A stretch of DNA of 64,000 nt, taken from contig CBDCRP010000003.1 in NCBI GenBank assembly GCA_965221165.1, positions 352,001-416,000 on the forward strand, written 5' to 3'. Below, piece after piece: positions 37,937-47,463 of this stretch; position 1 is the first letter of the stretch; the number at the start of each line of letters is the position of its first letter. The notes under the pieces were generated by a model that had not been told where the DNA came from, ran no database searches, and saw only the letters and a program-made list of their open reading frames with translations. The DNA comes from a bacterium. GTDB lineage: Bacteria > UBA8248. The translations under genes were made by a program, and so were the position numbers.

Positions 37937-38932
37937 GTGAAGAACAACATTCTGGAGGCCATCGGCGACACGCCGATCGTAAGGCTCAACTCGGTCGGCG
38001 CGGAAGTGGAATCGGAACTGTTCGTCAAGGTCGAATACATGAACCCCGGCTTGTCGGTAAAAGACCGCATTGCGCCGCTGATCGTCGAAGACGCCGAGAA
38101 AAAGGGCGAACTCAAGCCGGGCGGAATGATTGTCGAGGCCACCTCCGGGAACACCGGCGCGGGACTCGCCATCGTCGCAGCCATCAAGGGCTACAGTTGC
38201 GTTTTCGTGATGCCCGACAAGATGAGCCAGGAGAAAATCGACCGGCTGCGCGCATACGGCGCGAAAGTCATCGTCACACCCACGGTGGCGCTGGACGACC
38301 CGGAGAGCCACTACTGCGTCGCGCGCAGAATCGTGGAGGAAACGCCCAACTCCATTCTGGCGAATCAATACAACAACACGAACAACCCTAAGTCCCACTA
38401 CCGCATGACGGGGCCTGAAATCTGGCGTCAGACGGGAGGCGATTTCGACGCCTTCGTCACCGGTCTCGGCACCGGCGGCACCATCTCGGGCACGGGAAGA
38501 TTCCTGAAAGAGAAAAATCCCGATATCAAAGTCGTCGGAGTGGACCCCATCGGCTCGATTCTGTACGGCCTTTTTTACGGGGAAACGAACCCCGAGGCGG
38601 GCTCCTACAAGACCGAGGGAATCGGGGAGAGCTTCAAGCCCGCAACGCTCAGTTTCGACAACATGGACGAAGTCGTTCGGGTCACCGACAAGGAATGCCT
38701 CCTGATGGCGCGCAGGCCGGCGAGAGAAGAAGGCATCCTGGTGGGCGGCTCTGCGGGCGGCGCGGTCGCCGGCGCCGTCCGGTACGCGGAATCCCTCGGA
38801 AAACCGGAGAGAATCGTTACCCTGATGCCGGATTCGGGCATGTTTTATCTCAGCAAGATATTTTCCGACGAATGGATGGCGGCCAACGCGTTCCTGGATG
38901 AGGAAGAAGCCGCACGGGCGCTGGTTGAGTGA
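37937..38932 (+). CDS. PLP-dependent cystathionine beta-synthase / cysteine synthase family enzyme without CBS domains
   Basis: NPG.SVKDR, EATSGNTG, MPDKMSQEK (CBS-type), GTGGT, EGIG. Adjacent to a cystathionine gamma-lyase. Confidence 0.9.
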   Translation: MKNNILEAIGDTPIVRLNSVGAEVESELFVKVEYMNPGLSVKDRIAPLIVEDAEKKGELKPGGMIVEATSGNTGAGLAIVAAIKGYSCVFVMPDKMSQEKIDRLRAYGAKVIVTPTVALDDPESHYCVARRIVEETPNSILANQYNNTNNPKSHYRMTGPEIWRQTGGDFDAFVTGLGTGGTISGTGRFLKEKNPDIKVVGVDPIGSILYGLFYGETNPEAGSYKTEGIGESFKPATLSFDNMDEVVRVTDKECLLMARRPAREEGILVGGSAGGAVAGAVRYAESLGKPERIVTLMPDSGMFYLSKIFSDEWMAANAFLDEEEAARALVE

Positions 38933-39038
38933 ACAAGCGCGATTTTTTACACAAAAATACCGGCGTACTCGATGAAGAACGCCTTGCAATAGACATCATC
39001 ACGAAAACTGGAGTCTCCCCTCGCCTTCTTGGAGTAAA

Positions 39039-40214
39039 ATGAAAATATCCACCAGAGCGGTTCACCACGGAAAAGAACCCAACGAACTTACCGGCGCCGT
39101 GAAGCCCGACATCTGCTTGAGCAGCATGTTCAAACAAAATACGCCCGGCGATCCCGTCGGTGATTTTGAATACTCGCGCTCGGGCAATCCGACGCGAGAG
39201 GCCCTGGAGATGAACATCGCGGGCCTCGAGCGCCCCGATAACGAGGATACCGAATGCCACGGGCTGGCGTTTTCCTCGGGTCTGGGCGCCAGCGCCACGA
39301 TACTCTTCGCCCTTCTCTCCCACGGCGACCACATGCTCTGCTCGGATGACGTGTACGGCGGAACGTTCCGCCTCATCACGGGCAAGGATTTCCGGGGGTT
39401 TGAAAAATTCGGGATCTCGTGCGACTACGTCGACATGGAGGATGAAGAATCCCTCGCCGGTAAAATCAGGGAAAACACGAGACTCATCTGGATAGAAAGC
39501 CCCACGAACCCGCTCCTCAAGATGGCCGACATCCGGAGCATCGCCTCCACGTACGGGAAAGACGGCGCCATCGTCGCCGTGGACAACACCTTCATGAGTC
39601 CCTACTTCCAGAGGCCGCTCGCCCTGGGCGCGGACATCGCCGTTCACAGCACGACGAAATACATCGGCGGACACAGCGACGTCGTCGGCGGCGCCCTGGT
39701 GACGAAAAGCCAAGCGCTTTATGAGCGCATCAAGCATTATCAGAACGCGCTCGGAGCGACTCCCGCCCCCTTTGATTGCTACATGACGATGCGGGGCATC
39801 GACACCCTCCCCGTGCGGATGGAAAAACACCAGGAAAACGCCATCAAAATCGCCGGGTTTTTAGAGGGACACGCCGGCGTGGAGAAAGTTATCTACCCGG
39901 GACTCGAATCCCATCCCCAGTTTGAGCTGGCCAAAAAGCAGATGAGCGGTTTCGGGGGTATGTTGGCGTTTTATCTGAAAGGAGGCTTGGCCGAGGCGCG
40001 GAAGTTTTTGGAAAACGTCCGGCTATTCACCCTGGCGGAGAGCCTCGGGGGCACCGAATCCCTGGTGGAGCATCCCGCCATCATGACCCACGCCTCCCTT
40101 ACCGAGGAAAGCAGAGAAGCGCTGGGCATCAGCGATACCCTGATTCGCCTGTCCGTGGGAATCGAGGACGCGGACGATTTAATCGAGGATCTCGATCAGG
40201 CTCTGAAAGTGTAG
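39039..40214 (+). CDS. Cystathionine gamma-lyase/gamma-synthase
   Basis: YSRSGNPTR, FSSG, YGGT, ESPTNP, VDNTF, HSTTKYIGGHSD, AESLGG.ESL, RLSVGIE. Confidence 0.93.
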   Translation: MKISTRAVHHGKEPNELTGAVKPDICLSSMFKQNTPGDPVGDFEYSRSGNPTREALEMNIAGLERPDNEDTECHGLAFSSGLGASATILFALLSHGDHMLCSDDVYGGTFRLITGKDFRGFEKFGISCDYVDMEDEESLAGKIRENTRLIWIESPTNPLLKMADIRSIASTYGKDGAIVAVDNTFMSPYFQRPLALGADIAVHSTTKYIGGHSDVVGGALVTKSQALYERIKHYQNALGATPAPFDCYMTMRGIDTLPVRMEKHQENAIKIAGFLEGHAGVEKVIYPGLESHPQFELAKKQMSGFGGMLAFYLKGGLAEARKFLENVRLFTLAESLGGTESLVEHPAIMTHASLTEESREALGISDTLIRLSVGIEDADDLIEDLDQALKV

Positions 40215-40284
40215 GGACAGGCCCCCGTGCCTGTCCTGATCACATCCGCCAAGAAGAAGGACAACCACGGGGGCCTGTCCCTAC
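40211..40284. repeat. GTAG REP-like inverted pair overlapping the upstream stop codon
   Basis: GTAGGGACAGGCCCCCGTGCCTGTCC...GGACAACCACGGGGGCCTGTCCCTAC. Confidence 0.8.
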
Positions 40285-40336
40285 GGAAAAATAAAATATT
40301 TAATATCATTCCCCCCTTGATGCGCGCTTCGAAATA

Positions 40337-40585
40337 ACTCCCCCCTTGAGGGTCATTTCCGAACGAAGAGGGAGGGAATGTCGCAGAAGCCGAGCGCCTT
40401 GGGGGCGAAGGCTGATGCGGTGGGGGGTCAGGCCCGACAGAGGAAGGAGGGCCTGCCTGACTTAAAAAGGAGCAATCGCTCCCTTCCCGGTCGCGATTGA
40501 CCCCCACCGGCTCGACTGCGGGCTTTGCCCTTGTCTTGCCGACAATCCCTCATTTTTCAATCGGGATTGACCCTCAAGGGGGAGT
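40337..40585. mobile_element. MITE-like non-coding element (about 250 bp) with about 25-bp imperfect terminal inverted repeats
   Basis: ACTCCCCCCTTGAGGGTCATTTCCGA ... TCGGGATTGACCCTCAAGGGGGAGT. A related end occurs near 14155. Confidence 0.55.
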
Positions 40586-40657
40586 GAAATTGGGAGCCAC
40601 GCTTTTTTTCAAGGTCCCATCGACATTCCCTCCCCCGGACGCATCCCATTGTCTCGC

Positions 40658-40708
40658 ACAAAAAAAACCATCCCCCTGCCCTGTTGAGGCCGGAAGATGG
40701 TTTTTTGT
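40658..40708 (-). terminator. Terminator downstream of msrP, possibly bidirectional
   Basis: AAAAAAAACCATC...GATGGTTTTTT hairpin. Confidence 0.65.
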
Positions 40709-40721
40709 CTAAATCCCACGC

Positions 40722-41726
40722 TTACATGAAATACTTCCGGTCGTTCATGTCCGGATACATGTCTCCCACCCATTTCGCATAGCCGTTGAACAGGAGTGTC
40801 GGCCTTCTCTTGTTCGTTCCCAGCATGCGCTCGGAGGCCTGGGACCACCTGGGGTGATTGAACTTCGGGTTGATGTTGGCCCAGAAGCCGTATTCGCTGG
40901 GGGCCGCCCTCTCCCAAAACGTGCGGGGCCGCTTGTCGGTGAATTCGATGGAAACGATGGATTTTATACTCTTGAACCCAAACTTCCAGGGAACCACCAG
41001 GCGCAGGGGCGCGCCATGCTGCTGCGGCAGGGGATGCCCGTAAACGCCCGTCCCCATCATCGCAAGTTCGTTCATCGCCTCCTTCATGGTGAGGCCTTCC
41101 ACGTACGGCCACGGGTACCAGACCTGGAGCTGTCCCAACGCCACCTTGCGGTTCAGGAAAGTCGTGAATTTGATGTATTTCGCCTTGCTCGTGGGCTCTA
41201 CTTTCTTGATCAACTCGGAAATCCTGAAACCCGTCCACGGAACGGCCATCGCCCATGCCTCCACGCAGCGGAAACGATACAGCCGCTCCTCGAGCGTCAT
41301 GCCCTTGATCAATTCATCGATGTCATAGGTTTTGGGCTTCTTGACGTGTCCCTGCACCTCCACTTGCCAGGGGCGCGTCTCCATGCGCCTGGCCAGCCAG
41401 GAGATTGCCTTGGAGCCGCCGAACTCATAAAAATTATTGTACTCGGCCGCCACTTTTTCTTCCGTCAGGGGACGGTCCAGAGTGAAAGCAGGGTTCCGCC
41501 GCGCCGGGTAAAGACCCACTGTCTGATCCTTAGGATTAGCGCTCCCTTTATTCGCTTTGGCCAGGGCGAGCGGACCGTCGCGCTCGGGCCAGTAGGGAGG
41601 CGTCACCATCTGGCTCAGCATCAAACCCGCGCCGCCCGCCAGAAAATTACGACGATTCAAGAACACGGATTCCGGCGTGGCCTCGCGCTCAGGCATCGAC
41701 CACTCGGGCTTTTTTATGAAATTCAT
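40722..41726 (-). CDS. msrP: Periplasmic protein-methionine-sulfoxide reductase catalytic subunit
   Basis: Tat motif RRNFL, YNNFYEFG, YRFRCVEAW, YVEGL, GAPLRLVVPWK.GFKSIKSI, HPRWSQASE. Start is one of three tandem ATGs (41726-41732). Confidence 0.93.
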   Translation of the reverse strand: MNFIKKPEWSMPEREATPESVFLNRRNFLAGGAGLMLSQMVTPPYWPERDGPLALAKANKGSANPKDQTVGLYPARRNPAFTLDRPLTEEKVAAEYNNFYEFGGSKAISWLARRMETRPWQVEVQGHVKKPKTYDIDELIKGMTLEERLYRFRCVEAWAMAVPWTGFRISELIKKVEPTSKAKYIKFTTFLNRKVALGQLQVWYPWPYVEGLTMKEAMNELAMMGTGVYGHPLPQQHGAPLRLVVPWKFGFKSIKSIVSIEFTDKRPRTFWERAAPSEYGFWANINPKFNHPRWSQASERMLGTNKRRPTLLFNGYAKWVGDMYPDMNDRKYFM

Positions 41727-41978
41727 CATCATCCCCTTTTGGATTGCGGCTGGAGTTGCGTTCATCCTCCACACCGGCAAATTCGCGTTTTATATACTAT
41801 ATATGCGAATTCGCCTTCCATGACGGCTCATGGGAATATATCATATAAATCTCACCTGATTCGTGGGGAAACCCGAGTTTAAGGAATCTTTACAGACATC
41901 ATGGATTATTATCGCCCGAACAAGGCTCGCGAACACGTCCCATAAGGCTCAAAAACGCAAGTCGACCGAGGAGACCCC

Positions 41979-43037
41979 ATGTCCGAGCTACGCTACCCCG
42001 TTGAACGCCTGGAGAGTTTCATTCACGCCGTCCTGGTCGCGCACGATGTTTTGGACGATCATGCGCGCATCTGCGCCGTCCGCATGATCGAAGCAGACCT
42101 CCACGGGATGCACGGACACGGCATCTTCAGGCTCCCTCCCTATTGCCGCAGAATCCGCGAGGGCGGATACAACTTACGGCCCGACATACGCGCCGAGCGC
42201 GAAACCCCGGTAAGCGCATTGGTGAACGGGGACAACGGCTTCGGCCAGGTGGTCGTGACGTTCGCGGCCGAACTGGCCATCCAAAAGGCGAAAGAAAGCG
42301 GTCTGGCGTGGATCGGCATACATCACGGAAACCATGCCGGCGCCGCGGGGGTCTACGCCGCCATACCCCTCGCGCACGATATGATCGGCATGTACATGGC
42401 CGTCGCCAACGCCAACCACATGCCCCCCTGGGGCGGCGTCGACATGCTCCTGAGCACCAACCCCATCGCCTACGCCATTCCGGCGGGCGAGGAGCCGCCC
42501 TTCGTCCTCGACATGGCCACCACCGAGACCTCCTACGGCAAGGTGAAAGTCTACGCCCAGGAGGGAAAGCCGATGCCCGAGGGCTGGATGATGACCAGAG
42601 ACGGGAAACCCCTCACCGACGCCTCGCGGGCCGAGGAGGGTTTTTTGCTCCCCATCGGGGGACACAAGGGCTATGGCTTGAACATGATGATCGGCGCGCT
42701 CGCCGGCGTGCTGAACGGAGCGGCCTTCGGTTCGGACGTCATCGATTTCAACAAGGATTTCAAGACGCCCACGAACACCGGCCAGGTCTTTTTCGCCATG
42801 CGGCCGGACATCTTCCGCGACCTGGATGATTTCAAGGCGGAGATGGACCTGAGAATCCGCGAGATCAGGAATTCCGCCCCCATGGAGGGCAAAGGCCCCA
42901 TCCGGATTCCCGGCGAGAACCTCGCGCGAAGAAAAGAAGAAATGCGCCGCGAGGGCGTGCCCGTCGCCGCGCCCGTGCTCGCCCAACTCAGGGAGATGGC
43001 CGAAGGACTCGGCTTAGAGGACAGGCTCGCCGACTGA
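41979..43037 (+). CDS. Ldh_2-family (malate/L-lactate/sulfolactate/ureidoglycolate type) dehydrogenase
   Basis: EADLHG..GHG, DNGFGQ, NHAGAAG, STNPIA, LDMATT, GGHKGYGL, RIPGE. Confidence 0.9.
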   Translation: MSELRYPVERLESFIHAVLVAHDVLDDHARICAVRMIEADLHGMHGHGIFRLPPYCRRIREGGYNLRPDIRAERETPVSALVNGDNGFGQVVVTFAAELAIQKAKESGLAWIGIHHGNHAGAAGVYAAIPLAHDMIGMYMAVANANHMPPWGGVDMLLSTNPIAYAIPAGEEPPFVLDMATTETSYGKVKVYAQEGKPMPEGWMMTRDGKPLTDASRAEEGFLLPIGGHKGYGLNMMIGALAGVLNGAAFGSDVIDFNKDFKTPTNTGQVFFAMRPDIFRDLDDFKAEMDLRIREIRNSAPMEGKGPIRIPGENLARRKEEMRREGVPVAAPVLAQLREMAEGLGLEDRLAD

Positions 43038-43895
43038 TCACACGAGGCTTATCAGCGCGCCTCCCGCGACGATGAAGGCCGCGCCCAGCACCATGAGCGG
43101 CGTCAGCGTCTCCATGCCCTGCGGCAGAAAGCGTGAGAAGAGCAGCACGAACAGGGGCTGCGCCGAGGTGATCGGCGACACGACGACGATGCGGCCCTCC
43201 TCGAGCGCGAAGAAAAGCGCCGTCAGCGCCGAAAAACTGGAGATTCCCACAAGCACGAAATAAAAGAGGCCCTTCCCGGTGAAGTCCCTGCGACCGCTTT
43301 TGGAATTCGCCAGGACAAATGCCATGACGATGCTCGACGTCCCCGCCATCACGAAAATCGCCAGCGTCTTGTAGGGCACATCGGGAGAGGAGTAGCGGAT
43401 GATGAGGTCGCGCATGACCCATATGAGCGTGGCCCCGATGGCGTAGGCGATTCCGGTGAGAGCCCACGAGCGCATCTCATCTTTCCTGATCGACAAGACG
43501 ACGATGCCGCAGACGATGAGCGCGGTTCCCAGGGCGAGGACAGGCGTGAGTTGCTCGCCGAGGAGCAAGACGGCCAGCGTGCTTGAGAAGAGCGGTCCCA
43601 GACCGCGCAGGATACCCGAAGGAGCCGCCCCGATGCGCTGGACGCCCGCGAACTGGAACGTCCTCGATATGCTGGGGGTGATCACGCCGAGCCCCACGAA
43701 CCAGAGCAGGTGCGGGTTGGCAAAAGCGCTCATCGGCACGCTCGCCGCTATCCAGGGCAGATAGAGCAGCGTCACCACGGCCGAGGCCACGAACCCGCCG
43801 AACACGGGCGTCGCCTCCCGCGTCGCCATGCGCGAGAAGATGAACGTCAGCGCGAAAAAGGCCGACGCCGCAATGGCCAGGGGAATCTCTGTCAA
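43038..43895 (-). CDS. EamA/DMT-family transporter
   Basis: About 10 TM helices, LLGEQLT, VVSPI...QPLF. TTG start. Confidence 0.85.
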   Translation of the reverse strand: MTEIPLAIAASAFFALTFIFSRMATREATPVFGGFVASAVVTLLYLPWIAASVPMSAFANPHLLWFVGLGVITPSISRTFQFAGVQRIGAAPSGILRGLGPLFSSTLAVLLLGEQLTPVLALGTALIVCGIVVLSIRKDEMRSWALTGIAYAIGATLIWVMRDLIIRYSSPDVPYKTLAIFVMAGTSSIVMAFVLANSKSGRRDFTGKGLFYFVLVGISSFSALTALFFALEEGRIVVVSPITSAQPLFVLLFSRFLPQGMETLTPLMVLGAAFIVAGGALISLV

Positions 43896-43916
43896 CGCAT
43901 GCCTCGTCTCATAATG

Positions 43917-43950
43917 AAAAAGCGCCCCCGGACCTCATGCCAGGGGCGCC
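43917..43950 (-). terminator. Probable terminator after the M24 gene
   Basis: GGCGCCCCTGG...CCGGGGGCGC followed by TTTTT on the minus strand. Confidence 0.6.
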
Positions 43951-43969
43951 GATTCAAGCCAACGCCTGC

Positions 43970-45208
43970 TCAATCCTGAATGATCAGTTCTTCGCAATAG
44001 GGAGCGCGCGTCATATAGACGGGTTCATCCTCGGTGATGAGAATATGATCCTCGATGCGCACGCCAGCTCCGCCCGGAATGCCCGGGACGAATATCAAAG
44101 GCTCGATGGCGAACGTCATCCCCGGCAAGAAATCCACGCTCTCGGCCCCGGGCATCACCTCGCCCACATAGGGAGGTTCGTTGGGCGAGATGCCGCAGCC
44201 GTGACCGATGAAGAGCTTGATGAAGTTTTCCTCGAGACCCGCGGAGCGCGCCACTTCCAGAAACTCCGCCGCCGAGTCGTCGTTCGTGTAGCCGGGGCGC
44301 ATCTTTTCGATTCCCGCCCTGAGCGCCTTATACACGGTCGTATACACCTTTCGCTGCATGGGATGGGGCGGGCCGCCCGCCACCTTCGCGCGCCCGCAGT
44401 CGCCGAAATACCCGTTCCAGCAGGCGCCGATGTCGATGAAGACGATGTCCGCGTTTCTGATGATTTTATCCGTGGGAAAGCGCGTCGGCGGCGCCATGTG
44501 TTCGCCCGAAGCCACGAACGGAGACGCCAGATGCCCGAACTCACCGCCGTGGGTGAAGAGCGTCTTCATGGCTTCCGCCGCCACGTCGAACTCGCGCACG
44601 CCCGGCTCGGCGTGGTTGAGCGCCGTGATGGTCACGGCGTCGGCAATCGCGCACGCCTGGTGGAGGCAGGCGATCTCATCCGTCGTCTTCTGCACCCGGC
44701 TCATGTACATGAACTGCTCGCCGTCCACGAAGTTGGCTTCGGGGAAGTATTTTTCGATCATCTCCCGCTGGGTGAAGGTGTGCCCGTCGAGGCCGATGGC
44801 GCCGTTCGAAACCCCCCAGTCGTCGAATCGCGTCTTGATGTCGGTGCCCACCGTGTGCTCGACGAGGCCCGGCTCCTCCAGGATACCGATGGGCACGTAA
44901 TCGTCTATCCAGGGCATGCACTCCTCGATGCGGTGCGCCTCGCCGCTCGAGGCCAGCAGCGTCGGATTTCCCTCCTGCCTCAGCAATACGCCGTAGGTGG
45001 TGGAGGAGCGGTACTGAATCATGATGACGCGCGCGCTGGTGAGATAGCGCACATTCTCATCCTTCCAGAGGATGAGGGCGTCGATGCCTTGTTCCTTCAT
45101 CGCCGCCTGGGTCTTCTCGACCCGCTCTCGGCGCATCCGGTCCATGTCGATGCGGTGCTCCCAGTCGACCATCATCGAGCCGCGCGCCCACGTGGGGTAG
45201 TCCGTCAT
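43970..45208 (-). CDS. M24-family Xaa-Pro peptidase / creatinase-fold hydrolase
   Basis: Creatinase N-domain (ENVRYLT) and metal ligands FIDIG, YFGD, GHG, IEP, RIED. GAGGAGG RBS. Confidence 0.88.
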   Translation of the reverse strand: MTDYPTWARGSMMVDWEHRIDMDRMRRERVEKTQAAMKEQGIDALILWKDENVRYLTSARVIMIQYRSSTTYGVLLRQEGNPTLLASSGEAHRIEECMPWIDDYVPIGILEEPGLVEHTVGTDIKTRFDDWGVSNGAIGLDGHTFTQREMIEKYFPEANFVDGEQFMYMSRVQKTTDEIACLHQACAIADAVTITALNHAEPGVREFDVAAEAMKTLFTHGGEFGHLASPFVASGEHMAPPTRFPTDKIIRNADIVFIDIGACWNGYFGDCGRAKVAGGPPHPMQRKVYTTVYKALRAGIEKMRPGYTNDDSAAEFLEVARSAGLEENFIKLFIGHGCGISPNEPPYVGEVMPGAESVDFLPGMTFAIEPLIFVPGIPGGAGVRIEDHILITEDEPVYMTRAPYCEELIIQD

Positions 45209-45385
45209 TGCGTCTTCCTCCTCGAAAAACAAAGATTTCGGCCTGAAAATATCGAGTCCGCAAAAGATTATTCAAAATATGGAATTTCGCGGCGACGCTA
45301 ACACCCGCGCCGGAACCTGTCAAGAAAACGCCTGATGGGCGGGGTTCCGGGTGCAAGCGGAAATGCGGGTGGAATCCCCGCATCA

Positions 45386-45414
45386 TTGACTTGATGGCCC
45401 GGCCTCGCTACTTT
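45386..45414 (+). promoter_or_regulatory. sigma70-like promoter for the enoyl-CoA hydratase gene
   Basis: TTGACT-17 nt-TACTTT. Confidence 0.5.
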
Positions 45415-45469
45415 CGGCCCAACGAACATACGCGCGCGCATTCGCCGAATCGAACACGGAGGACCACCG

Positions 45470-46237
45470 ATGAGCCTCGTCATCTATGAAATGAAAGATA
45501 AAACCGCCACCATCACCCTGAACCGGCCCGAGAAGCTCAACGCCTACACCGAGGAAATGGTGGACGAGATGTACGACGCCTGCCAGAAATTCGCGAAAGA
45601 CGATGAGGCGTGGACGGCCATCGTCACCGGCGCGGGCGATCGCGCGTTTTGCGCGGGCCACGACCTCAACCTGGTGGTGGAGAGCGAAGGCCAGTACAAG
45701 GATCACGACTCGCCCACGGTGTGGTACGGCGAATTCGAGATTTACAAGCCCATGATCGCCGCGGTGAACGGCTATGCCTTCGGGGGCGGGTGCTCGCTGG
45801 CGCTCTCGTGCGACATCCGAATCGCATCTGAAAACGCCGTCTTCGGCTACCCGCAGCCCAAATACGGCGCGATGAGCCTGGGCGGACACCAGCGGCTGCC
45901 CAAGACCATCCCGCCCGGCATCGCCATGGAGTTCATGCTGACCGGCAGAAACATCCCGGCGGAAGAAGCGGCTCGTTGGGGCATGGTGAACAAGGTAGTG
46001 CCCCAGGACGCGCTGATGGACGAGGCGCGCGCCATGGCCGCCCTCATCAACGAGAACGCGCCGCTCTCCGTCCGGCACACGAAAGAGGCGGTTCTCAAGG
46101 GACTGAGAACGCCCGACGTGCGCGAGGGCATCAGCATGGCCAAACTCATCAGCTATCGCCTGCAGACCTCCCGGGACACGCAGGAGGGCCTTGCGGCCTT
46201 CATGGAGAAGAGAAAACCCGAATGGCAGGGCCGCTAG
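45470..46237 (+). CDS. Enoyl-CoA hydratase/isomerase family protein
   Basis: ITLNRPEKLNA, AFCAGHDL, KPMIAAVNGYAFGGG, CDIRIA. Both usual catalytic Glu positions appear replaced (GGGCS, YPQ). Confidence 0.9.
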   Translation: MSLVIYEMKDKTATITLNRPEKLNAYTEEMVDEMYDACQKFAKDDEAWTAIVTGAGDRAFCAGHDLNLVVESEGQYKDHDSPTVWYGEFEIYKPMIAAVNGYAFGGGCSLALSCDIRIASENAVFGYPQPKYGAMSLGGHQRLPKTIPPGIAMEFMLTGRNIPAEEAARWGMVNKVVPQDALMDEARAMAALINENAPLSVRHTKEAVLKGLRTPDVREGISMAKLISYRLQTSRDTQEGLAAFMEKRKPEWQGR

Positions 46238-46310
46238 AAGACATCGGCTATCCGCCTCTCCATTCGCTTTAGGTGAAACGCACATATGTTTTCTTACGAG
46301 GTATCCATTG

Positions 46311-47348
46311 ATGAATGATGCACCTAAAATCGGCATGGCCTTCATCGGGCTCGGCTGGTGGGGCGCCGTGCTTGCGGACGCCGCCCTCGCCTCCGGGAAA
46401 GTGGAAGTAACCGGCGGATTCGCCCGCACTCCCTCCTCCCGAGAAGAATTTGTCGGCAAATACGGCGGCAGGAACTTCGCCTCCATCGACGAGGTGATGG
46501 CCGACTCCGAGACAGAAGCCGTCGTCATCGCCACGGCGAACTCCGTCCACAAGGAAATCGCCATAGCCGCCGCGCGCGCGGGCAAGCACGTTCATCTGGA
46601 AAAACCCATGGCGCTGAGCGTCTCCGATGCGAAAGCCGTCGATCAGGCGTGCAGGGACTTTGGGGTGAAACTCCACATGGGGCAGAACTTCAGGCGCTGG
46701 CCGATGTTCCGCAAGGCGAAAGAAATCGTGGAGAGCGGAAATCTGGGGCTGGTGAACTACACGGTCGCCACGTTCTCGAACAACCACGGCTTCACCGCCG
46801 GTCCCGAGAGCATGCGGTGGGACGCCACGGAGAACCCGGGAGGACCGCTTTACAGCTACACCATCCATCTCGCGGACATGATGGAATACCTCTTCGGCGA
46901 CGTGGACGAGGTGAGCGGCTCATGCGCCAAGGTGGGCGGCCCCAACCCCCAGGAAGACGCCGCCGCCGCCATTTTGCGCTTCAAAAGCGGACTGATGGGC
47001 ACAATCTCGGGCAGCTACCTGGCCCCGTTCCACTTCGCATTCGACGTTCAGGGCACCGAAGCGAACCTGAGCCTCTCCACGACGGAAAACCCGACCCTCA
47101 AGCGGCCCATCGACCTGATGGGCGGTCTGGAAACCAAAATCGTAGAACTCGACCACGACCTCGTGGAGGGAAGACTCCTGGCCAACCGCGAGCAATTCGA
47201 CGACCTTGTCGGCGCGATTCGAGAGGACAGGGACCCCGAAGTCACCGGGCGTCACGGAGTTCGGGCGCTCGCCATCATGCGGGCGATCCTGAAGAGCAAC
47301 GCGGAGAGGCGGATTGTGACGATCGAGGAGATTCTCGAGAGCGACTAG
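46311..47348 (+). CDS. Gfo/Idh/MocA-family oxidoreductase
   Basis: IGLGWWG, IATANSVH, GKHVHLEKPMA, GGPL....IH..D. Confidence 0.9.
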   Translation: MNDAPKIGMAFIGLGWWGAVLADAALASGKVEVTGGFARTPSSREEFVGKYGGRNFASIDEVMADSETEAVVIATANSVHKEIAIAAARAGKHVHLEKPMALSVSDAKAVDQACRDFGVKLHMGQNFRRWPMFRKAKEIVESGNLGLVNYTVATFSNNHGFTAGPESMRWDATENPGGPLYSYTIHLADMMEYLFGDVDEVSGSCAKVGGPNPQEDAAAAILRFKSGLMGTISGSYLAPFHFAFDVQGTEANLSLSTTENPTLKRPIDLMGGLETKIVELDHDLVEGRLLANREQFDDLVGAIREDRDPEVTGRHGVRALAIMRAILKSNAERRIVTIEEILESD

Positions 47349-47463
47349 ACCTGAAACAAGGCCCTCGCCACGGGGGCTTGATTCCCGTATAATGCTGCAT
47401 CGGTAGCCCATCACGCATCTGCGACTCGTTCCGCCCGCCACTTGTCTCGGAAACGGTTTTCCC

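Noticed and set aside
4601-46585. Long antisense or alternate-frame ORFs (for example 4601..5851, 11188..12243, 17043..18077, 19402..20610, 37910..38989, 43937..45301, 45383..46585)
   Set aside because: They overlap well-supported genes, lack recognisable motifs, and are expected shadows in GC-rich DNA.
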